Source of the DNA: the human T2T-CHM13v2.0 reference genome, Homo sapiens
DNA length: 64,000 nucleotides
NCBI RefSeq assembly: GCF_009914755.1
Contig: NC_060929.1
Direction: 5' to 3' (one strand)
Shown here piece after piece: positions 54,688 through 64,000 of this stretch. The stretch's first letter is position 1. The number at the start of each line of letters is the position of its first letter. The notes under the pieces are model-generated. The model was not told the DNA's origin and did not search any database. It worked only from the letters and a program-made list of their open reading frames with translations. The translations under genes and the position numbers were made by a program.

Positions 54688-56349
54688 TTACTCTGGGAAC
54701 AAAAAGGCAAAACTAAAAATAAAATAAAATTTATAGAACTATAAGAGCTTCTTCAAATCTTTGAAAGGCTGTCAGAAAAATGTTGACCAAAGGGTTGTAT
54801 AAGAATGGCCTCAAATATATATTTTGGTACACCAATATTTTTTCTTCTGTTTTCACCTCTGTCATTCTCTAATGATTCTCCCCGCTCTAAAATGTTGTTT
54901 CTAGTCTCTTCTCATTCCCTTCTCTTTTTCTCTTTCTTTTTCTAGCTTGCTTTCTTTTTCTCTCTCTGACCCCTTTCTCTCCTTCCCTTCCTTTCATTAA
55001 ATTTCTTCCTTAATTATCCACAATATATAATAAATACATTTTTTTCAAAAAGTTTTGTTTCTTTTTTTTCTTAAAAAGGTGTGAGTAGGAGGAGAATGAG
55101 GAAGAAGAGGAGGGAGGAAGAGGGGAGGGCCCAGGGGGAGGAGATGGGGGAAAAGAGAATAAAGGGGAGGGAGAGGAAGAATAAACAATAATGATCTTTT
55201 TTTGTTCCCCCTCTGTAACCTGATGTATTTAATAAGACAAAAGTGTGAATGATGGTGGTTCCCAGGGCAGGAGCAAGAGCATTTCCTCCCAGCATGGAGA
55301 GCAGGAGGGTGAGTAAGGCTGAGCCTTGGGCTTTGGGTGTTATTTATCTCAGGTTCATTAGAGAGAAAGAAAAAGTCACAAAACAGTGAGTGTGGATGTT
55401 TTACAGACAATGTGAGGCAAATAGAATAGAGAATTTTAAAATATTTTTAAAAGACTTGTAACAAGATTCCTCTTCTAGGAAAGGAGCTTAAGGAAATAAT
55501 CTAATATATAGGCATAAAACTATGCACAAGAATGGCTGTCACAGTATTAATTAAAATAATGAAGAACTGACATACCCTAAGTGTACAACAATAAATGATT
55601 AAATTATTTCTGAGACACAAATATAAATTAAGACTATTAAGCAATCAATAAAAATAATTAATAGAGAAATAAATAATGGCATGGGGAAATACAAGATAAT
55701 GTTGAAATTTAAAAAATAATGAAGATACCAAATTAAATATATGTAGTAATTTAGTCAATATATTTTTATTGAGCTGCTACTTGCACTATAGCAGATATTG
55801 GACATTTAGTATTGTGCATAATCCCTGCCTTTATACAGTTTAAATTCAAATAAAAAATATAGTTTTTAAATAATTAATTAGACAAATAATTAGTTGCATG
55901 CCTTTTGCTCCCTGTTTCAATAAATAGACATGAATTTGTAAAAAGCTATAAGGAATGATAAAATATTAATGCTGGATTTTTAGATGGTAAAGCTGTAGGT
56001 GCTTGATATATTCCTTGTAAGTTACATATTTTCCAAATTTCCTAGAATAAGAATATATTACTTTTAAAATCATCTTAAATGTCAATGATACTTAAGAAAA
56101 AATATCTAAGGAACACACTCTTGCAATTAATTTCTAACCTTCAGCCTCCCTTCCTTTCTCCTTTACATCATTAGACACCAATGACACCTTCTGCCTCTAT
56201 GACCTACCTAGAAAACCAAAACAGGCAATGGCCTTCATTATTTTTGAAAAAAGTGCTAGACAAACAGAGTTTGAGGTGTCAGGTATGCAACAAGGCAAAA
56301 GACTGCCCCTTTTCTTATGGAATTCAAAATGTGAAGATAGGAACAGACG

Positions 56350-56555
56350 GGTAACCAGTGCAACTGTTACTGGGCACTGTGCTGAGCACTCCATGTGCCT
56401 CATCTCATTTACTCTTCACTGCAAACTATAGAATAGATTCTGGGTTTAGACCCATTTTACAGATGAGGAAACTGAGGCTCACTGAAGTTAAATAATACCT
56501 TGCAGGTGGCAGAGCTGGAATTCAGATTCCCATGGCCTGACTCCAAAGCCCAAGC
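56350..56555 (-). mobile_element. MIR SINE
   Basis: CCCATTTTACAGATGAGGAAACTGAGGCTCA core. Confidence 0.85.
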
Positions 56556-56639
56556 CCTAAGTAAATCATGAGGAAGAAGACAGAGCTGTGAGTTAAGCTG
56601 TTCAAGGTCCCGCAAGGGAGAGGACCTAGCCCAGACCTA

Positions 56640-57830
56640 AGTATGAGGGGAATCTTCCTGGAAGAAGCAACCTGTACCTGAGACCTCAAGGGTTGCAGAC
56701 AAGGGCCTGTGGACTGATTCTGGAAAATGAAAGCTCAGTAGGACTAGCATGTGGAATACTGCAGGGGATTAGGGGGAAGGCAGAAATGAGGCCACAGAAT
56801 AAGCAAAGAACAAATCATATAGGTCCTTGAAAACTCAGTTAGGACATTCCATCTTTATCCTCAAAAATGTTGGGAATCACTAAAGTGTTTTAAGCAGGAA
56901 AACATCAGGGTCAGTTTTCCACTTACAAAATATAATTCTGGCAACTTGGAGAATAATTTGGATGAATCAAGACTGAAGGCCAAGAGGCCAATTAGGAGGC
57001 TATAGTCATCAATCAGTAGAAAGATGATGGTGGCCCAAAGCAGGATAGAGGCAACAAGGAGAGAGATAGGATGTCTGGTCCCAGAGGTATTTTGGAAGTA
57101 AAGTTGGCAGATGTAGAGGAGGTGAGACAAAGGCAGAAATAGGATGCCAAGATGTTTCTCTAATAGTGTGCCAATCAAAGTGCCAGTCGTTGAGAAAGGG
57201 GACATGGGAGGAGGCTGCCATTCTGTGGAGCAAAATCAGTTCACTTTAGGACAAGCTGGATTTGAATCACCATTGTGACATTTAGTTGGCAATGCCCAGT
57301 AAGAAGGCAGATATAAGAGTCTGAAGCTCAGGAGAAGGAGCTGGGCTAGCAGTCCATCTATCTAATGGTTGAGCCTTGGAAATGGATGAAATTCCCTTGA
57401 GAAAGGTGTGTATGAGAAGAAAAGAAGGCTTATGATCAAATCTGAAAAACACCAGCATGTAAAGTCGGGGGAAAAAATAAGTCAAAACAAACAAACAAAC
57501 AACAACAACAACAAAGAAACAGGAAATGAGCAGCTGCCAGGAAGGTAGAAAAAAAAATGCCTACAGAGGACAAGCGTGGTGTCATGGAAGCTGCAAAGAA
57601 AATTTTTCTGGAAGGCAGAAGTGGTCAGCAAGCAAAGAAATGTTAAAAGGATTTAGAAACAAGGAAGTTGTCAGTCACCTTTGGGAAGCCAGCTTCAGTT
57701 GCAAAGTGAGGGTAGAAGCCAGACTGGAGGGTAGCTGTCCAGCAGGAAAGTAGGTGGGAAGAAGTGGAGATAGCACATGCAAGCACCTGGAAGCATGGCT
57801 GGAAAGGCAAGGAGAAAGAGGGAGCAATAG
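56640..57830 (-). mobile_element. L2 LINE fragment(s)
   Basis: TTTTAAGCAGG...AGGAGGCTATAG...GATGATGGTGGCC...GTCTGAAGCTCAGGAGA L2-like motifs. Confidence 0.6.
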
Positions 57831-60314
57831 CTGGTGGCGAAACTGGACTAAATATTGGTTCCTTCCCACTTCACAGTTATCATGATTTGATAGATGAACT
57901 AGACCAATTTCTCTTTGCATGAACTAAAATTGATAAGTGGCATTACTATCAATCAGGAACCACTGAGCTTCTAAATCACCTGATTTCTCTAGGAAGATAC
58001 CAAAAATAAAGATCATGTACAACCTCACAACATTTGATTTAGATTCAAGAAAGCTGCAATTAACCCTTTGATTCTATGTAATCATAAAATTTTATTATTA
58101 TTTTGATTATAATAACATCAGCTAACATTTGTGGATCACTCACTATATGCCATGAACTGTTCTAAAGGCTATGCATATAACTAGTTTGATCCTCACAACA
58201 CCATGAGATAAATCATTATCGCCATTTTACAGATGCAGAAATTGAGAGAGAGTTGAAGTAACTGGTTCACAATCACAATCGCATGGCAAGCAAGTATTGG
58301 AGTCAGGATTCCTTAAGGGTGCTTCTCCCTGACTTATCCCAGGGACAGGGGAGAAAAAAAATTGAAAGGGTCCGGGGCAGAAAAGATGAAATAATTCTGA
58401 GGTTGCCAGAACACTTCCATTCTAGAAAAGTCCTGGCATGAAAGGAGAACAAACTGGTCTGTAGGTACTCTCAGCTACTTTTCCCTAGTGGGTCAGGGGC
58501 AGACAATGGTATTTCCTGAGCCAAATGCTCTAGGCCTTGCTGGCACCAACCACTTAAATATGTTCTTTGAAATTCTAGTTGTCTGAAGGCTGGAGCACAG
58601 AGGTGAGCTGAATATCCTAAAAGGACTACTGAAGAGTGGAAAGCACAAAGTCCTTCTTGTAAATGGTCATCCCAGCTTGATTCCATATCTGCACAGCTTT
58701 CTACCATTTGTTGAGGGCCTATATACCATTAAGTCATTTTGTCTTCATGACAAGCCTAAGGGAGGCAAGCCTAGGGAGGAGCTGTGAACCCTGGATCTTT
58801 ACACACCTTCTCCTCTCTTTTTGAAACATTCTTTCTCCTCTCCATTTTTCTTATGTGATTGGTTGGCATCTGGCTTATCATTCCCTATTTCTTGTTTTAC
58901 TGGGTTAAAGGGAAGGAGAGTCGTAAGAATCTTAAAAATATATTTTTATTTGGTTTTGAACTAAATGAGATAATGATCTATGTCTCTTCTTAGGAGGAAG
59001 AAACACCAATATTAACCCTTCACCAGCTGCCTGGACGCATCAGAAATACTCAAGGATAAGCGACACCCAGGTTTATGAACCTTGTATTGGTCAGATTCAG
59101 TCAGGGTAGATTTGTTATGATTGTTATGAAATAAGAGAGTTGTAATATGAATTAAACGCTATGCAATTATGGCAGAAACTAGGAAAGTGAAATTCTGAAA
59201 GTGGTATTTAAAGGATCAGGAAAGGATTCATAGTAAATCTGAAAAGTCAAAAGTCAAGCACATACAGAAACACAAGTGGGCTCATAAAGGGGAAGTGCAG
59301 GAGATGTCTGTGGGAAATCATTGCCTCTCAGAGGCAACTGCTCTGGGTGTTGCAGATGAGATGATGGGCCTGGAGCTGCTGTTTGTAAAGAGGAAGAACT
59401 GGAAGTGCTGGAAGCTACCAGGTACTGCTATGCCTGTCACTCCATCTGATCACATGACCTTCAGAGTGATAACGGCTGCTGCTTCACCTCTGCCTTCCAA
59501 ATCTTATGCAAGTCTCTCTCTTTGTACAACTCTGGCTTGAGACGATAAAGGAAACCATACCTAGTTTCTGATTAAACCAAGCTGACACAGTAAAATCCAA
59601 TTTATCCAATTGGTAAATCTCCTTTACCAATGAGAAGTAAAAGACAAACTAAAGTAAGGGTTGACTAACATGAGCAGGGATGTCTGACTAACATGAGATG
59701 GGATGTCAACTTAGAGTCACCTTGCCTTTTCTTACACCTCCTGCATGCCCAGTGTGTCAGCACATTTTCTAACACTGTACCATTATCTCCACAATGGCAT
59801 GCGCATGTATCCCCTCTTCTCCCCATGGTCATTAACCCTGTTCAGATTCTCCTCACCTCTCATCTTGAAGACTGAGTGTCTTTCGAGTCCTCCACTCACC
59901 CTGCTCTCTCTGGCCTCTTCATCTTTTGTGCTTGATCTTTCTTCTGCCTGGAATGCTCTTCCCTCCTTTATACTTGAGGTCTTAGTTTAAAGATCACTGT
60001 ATTTTGGAAGCATTTTGGATCTCTCAAAAAATCTGAGTTAGATACCACACTGATTTGCTTCTCTATTCTAGTACTTATTACATTTTAGGTCTTATTTAAT
60101 TGTCTGTGTTCCTCTCCATTCCCACCAACTAGGGCCTGACACATAGGGGTTCAATAATTGTCAAGTGATTGACAGAATGAATGAATGGATGGATGAGTGA
60201 AAAAGTCTCTCCATTTCCAGTGTGTATTCTCTCTAATATCTTCTACATTCTACACTGAAATTGTCTTTTTGAAAGCCTGGACTTCTTCAGTGGCTTGTCA
60301 TTGCCAGTGGATAA

Positions 60315-60671
<357 letters not shown>

Positions 60672-62181
60672 CCAGCGTACCTTTTCTAAACGTCTCCCAG
60701 GATTCTTCCATAAGTATCCTCTATACTTTAACCAAACTTATCAATAAATTGTTCCCTGAAGAAGAGTAATTCTTTGCAATAATAATTCAAAAAAACAACT
60801 TTTATTTATTGAGCATACACTATATGTTAGTCATTGTAGTATATATTTTATCTATTTTATCTTACTGAATTATTACAATAATCTTGTGAGGCTTTCATCT
60901 CTTACCCTTATTTTAAAGATGAGAAAACCAAAGTTCAGAAAAGATAAGTCACTTGCCCTAAGTCACTTGGCCAAAATCACATAACTAGTAGGTGATGAAA
61001 CCAGTATTTAAATTCATGTATTATCCAAAGTCAAGACTATAACCATTCCACTCTACCATATCTTCCTGCAAGAAGTTTTCAATAACCATTTGTTGAATTA
61101 TTTAATTAACTAGGTGACTAATATAACCTATATACTTTGTATAGCTTATCTCATTAGCATTCACACAACAGCTTTATGAGAGAAGCTATTATTATTCCCA
61201 GATTACAGATAATAAAAGTGAGACTCAAAGAAATAAAGTAACTTACTCTAGGCCACACATTTCAAAAGGGAGAAAACTGGGAAATTGAACCCTGGTTTGT
61301 TTGCCTCCAGGTTGGCGCAACTAGCCACTATGCTACACCACTCCTAGTTAAAATCACCTGTTGCTGGAGCTGGACTGGTCTCAAGTTACCGTCTTGTCTC
61401 AGAGCCCTCACTCAATGGATATGAATAACAATTCCCAGGAAGGCTAAGTGGCAGCACATGATTATGGTAAACCAGGACTATGGCTTGGTGTCCAGTGTGT
61501 TTTCATTATAAAATCTGTCTTCTTTTCTCACCAAAAATTTATCCTAGATGAGAGCCAAGTCTTGCTCTGTTGCCCCATTAGACAACAGGGAACACACCCA
61601 GCCCACTCAGTCTTTGCTCATGCTGTACACTTTGCCTATTAAAATTCAACTTTACTCTGCTGGTCCTGAGGACGTCTGTTTTCTGTTTTCTAAGAATATG
61701 AGAGATTTTGAGTCAGAGACACATCATAACTATCTTCCAGGAGCTTCAAAGCAAATAGAGACTTTACTGATAGGAATGCTGTGACCATTAGACAAAGGTT
61801 CCATGAAAACAAGCTCTCAAGACTTTCTATTTATACAAGCACTGGAGCTGGTGAGTTCTGGAAGTTGAATGTTTAACCTAAGTGGATCCTAGGGAATTGT
61901 CACCTTCCTGGAGGAGTGAGAAATTCAAGAAGAGCTGAAATGCTATAAGAGCTGGAGCCCATCTACCTGGAGATTGGAAGTTGAATGGGGCTGGGGTATA
62001 GCACAAGAAAGCAGAGAGGTGGCAAGAGGGTTTCAGACTAAAAAGACAATGAATTTTTTTCACTCATTCAATTATTTCTTTTGTCAAAACATATGTATGA
62101 TGCACCTACTATGAGCCACACTTTGTATGAGAACTTAAAACAGAACGGCTTAACCTAGGCTAGCATCTCAGAGAAAACTCC

Positions 62182-62561
62182 TGTATTAGTCCATTTTTAT
62201 ACTGCTATAATGAACTGCCCAAGACTGGGTAATTTATAAAGGAAAGAGGTTTAATCAACTCACAGTTCAGCATGGTTTGGGAGGCCTCAAGAAACTTACA
62301 ATCATGGAGGAAGGGGAAGGGGAAGCAAGTCACCATCTTCACAAAATGGCAGGAAGGAGAAGTGCCGAGCGAAGGGGGAAGAGCCCCTTATAAAACCATT
62401 AGATCTGTGAGAACTCACTCATTAGATCATGAGAACAGCATGGAGGAAACCATCCCTATGATCCAATTACCTCTACCTGGTCTCTCCCTTGACATTTTGG
62501 GATTATGGAGATTACAATTCAAGATGAGATTTGGGTGGGGACACAAAACCTAACCATATCA
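62182..62561 (-). mobile_element. THE1D/MST-type solo LTR (MaLR)
   Basis: TGTATTAGTCCATTTT...AACCATATCA; perfect 5-bp TSD ACTCC at 62177-62181 and 62562-62566. Confidence 0.92.
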
Positions 62562-62825
62562 ACTCCTCTCCCAAGGAGAGGAGTTTTCTCTGAGATCTGA
62601 AGCTAGGAGATTGGGTAAAAACAGAGAAAACATTCCAGGCAGGTACAAATAGCAGCTGTAATGGAATGGCCCTGAGGTGAGAGAGAACATAATACTTTGG
62701 AGGAACTGAATGAAGGCCACTATGCATAGGGAAATATTACGATGACATGGGATAATGGATTGGTTAGCAGGTTCAAATTGTGGAAAGCCTTTTAGTTTAT
62801 TTTATGAATTTTTATAATTAGGAAA

Positions 62826-63290
62826 TGGCAGTTTTAAAACTTGGTCCAAATATTCTCTGATACTCCTCCTATTAAGAAGAGCTTTCCTTCCCTCTCCTTG
62901 AATTTGGGCCTTGTGGTGCTGTGCCAGATTCTGGCCTCAGGCAAGTCTTAAGAAATGGCACCTTCTACTTCCTGGCTTTGGGGACACTTTTGGAACTTAG
63001 CCATCATGTTTCTAGGAAGCCCAGGCAGCATGTGGACGGGAACTAAGGTCTCTGACTCTGAACTTGCAGACAATAGCAGCATTAACTTATCAGCCATATG
63101 AGTGAGCCATCTTGGATGTGGATTCTCCATTCCCTAGTCAAGCCACTTCAGCTGATGCTGTAAGAAGCAGAGATGAGCCTTCCCTGCTGAACCCCACCTA
63201 AACTGTAGATTCTTAATGTAGATAAATGATTGCTATTATTTTCAAGACAATAAAGTTGGGAGTACTTTGTTAAATAGTAATAGATATCAA
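62826..63290 (+). mobile_element. MLT1-family LTR
   Basis: AGCCATATGAGTGAGCCATCTTGGATGTGGAT...AGCAGAGATGAGCCTTCCCTGCTGA...TTTGTTA..TAGTAATAGATA. Confidence 0.75.
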
Positions 63291-63769
63291 AAATATAGGT
63301 AAATGAGAAGCCATTGAAGAATGTTGAGTTTTAAGAAGTTTGTTTCTCATTATAGTTTTCTCTTCATATAACGGAGTATATCACAGCTTTTTAATTCATA
63401 GAGTTGCTCTGAGGACTGAATAATATAGTAAAAGTAAAGTGCTTGCACAGTGTTGGGTGTTGAATAAGCCTTCAAGAAGTGTTACTTATTATTGTTAATT
63501 TTAGAGTTTAGAGGAAAGGATGATAGAAAATTATTCCAGGAGTCAAAGGATAAGTTATTGGTTACTTGTACTAGAATGGCAAAAGTAGTGATAAAATGGA
63601 TGGATTAGGGAGTTATTTAGGATGTAGAAATGATGGGCAGTCATAATTAATGGATGTGGAAGCTGAGGGAGAATAAAAACTCAAGAATAACTGAAGGATT
63701 CTGGCCTTGGAACTGGGCCAACAAGTGTAGCAGATAACTGCTGAATTTGCTTTCCAACATCTTTTCACC

Positions 63770-64000
63770 CTGCAGGTAATTTTTCCCCACTATACTGCTG
63801 AGAAATCAACCTGCCTCCACTCTTAATCCATTTGGTTTGAGCAGAGTGGATCCACTCCACTTCCTCCTTCAGGTTAGACATACTACCCAAGCCTTAGCCA
63901 ATCTCCCAGGCAAGTGGTTCCAGGATTGGCACATGACCCAAACAGGCCATTCGGAGCCAACAAGACTCAATTTTAGGGCATTTTATTTGTTTGAGTTTGG
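63770..64000. mobile_element. LTR16-like fragment (runs off the window end)
   Basis: TGGTTCCAGGATTGGCACATGACCCAAACAGGCCA motif. Confidence 0.5.

Overview
Human genomic DNA at the ADRB2 locus (chr5q32). The only protein-coding gene I can support is the intronless beta-2 adrenergic receptor (CDS 3665-4906, + strand). It has a CpG-island promoter (CRE, inverted CCAAT, G-rich tract), a 19-codon inhibitory uORF, and a 3'UTR with a poly-C tract, an AU-rich element and let-7, miR-15/16 and miR-30 seed matches. The alleles read directly are Gly16/Glu27/Thr164 and uORF Arg19. The remaining ~58 kb is intergenic and repeat-rich (Alu, L1, L2, MIR, MaLR/ERVL LTRs, hAT/Tigger DNA transposon fossils, microsatellites). 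Repeat subfamily names come from remembered consensus sequences, not a RepeatMasker run, and boundaries of old repeats are approximate. The most unusual structure not explained by standard annotation is a cluster of short locally templated insertions at 25-46 kb. These include a 354-bp copy of unique DNA dropped into the middle of an Alu and a 58-bp copy with a snap-back inside a TA-rich palindrome, alongside several microhomology-flanked tandem duplications. They look like fossil double-strand-break repair scars. I see no evidence for a new gene system.
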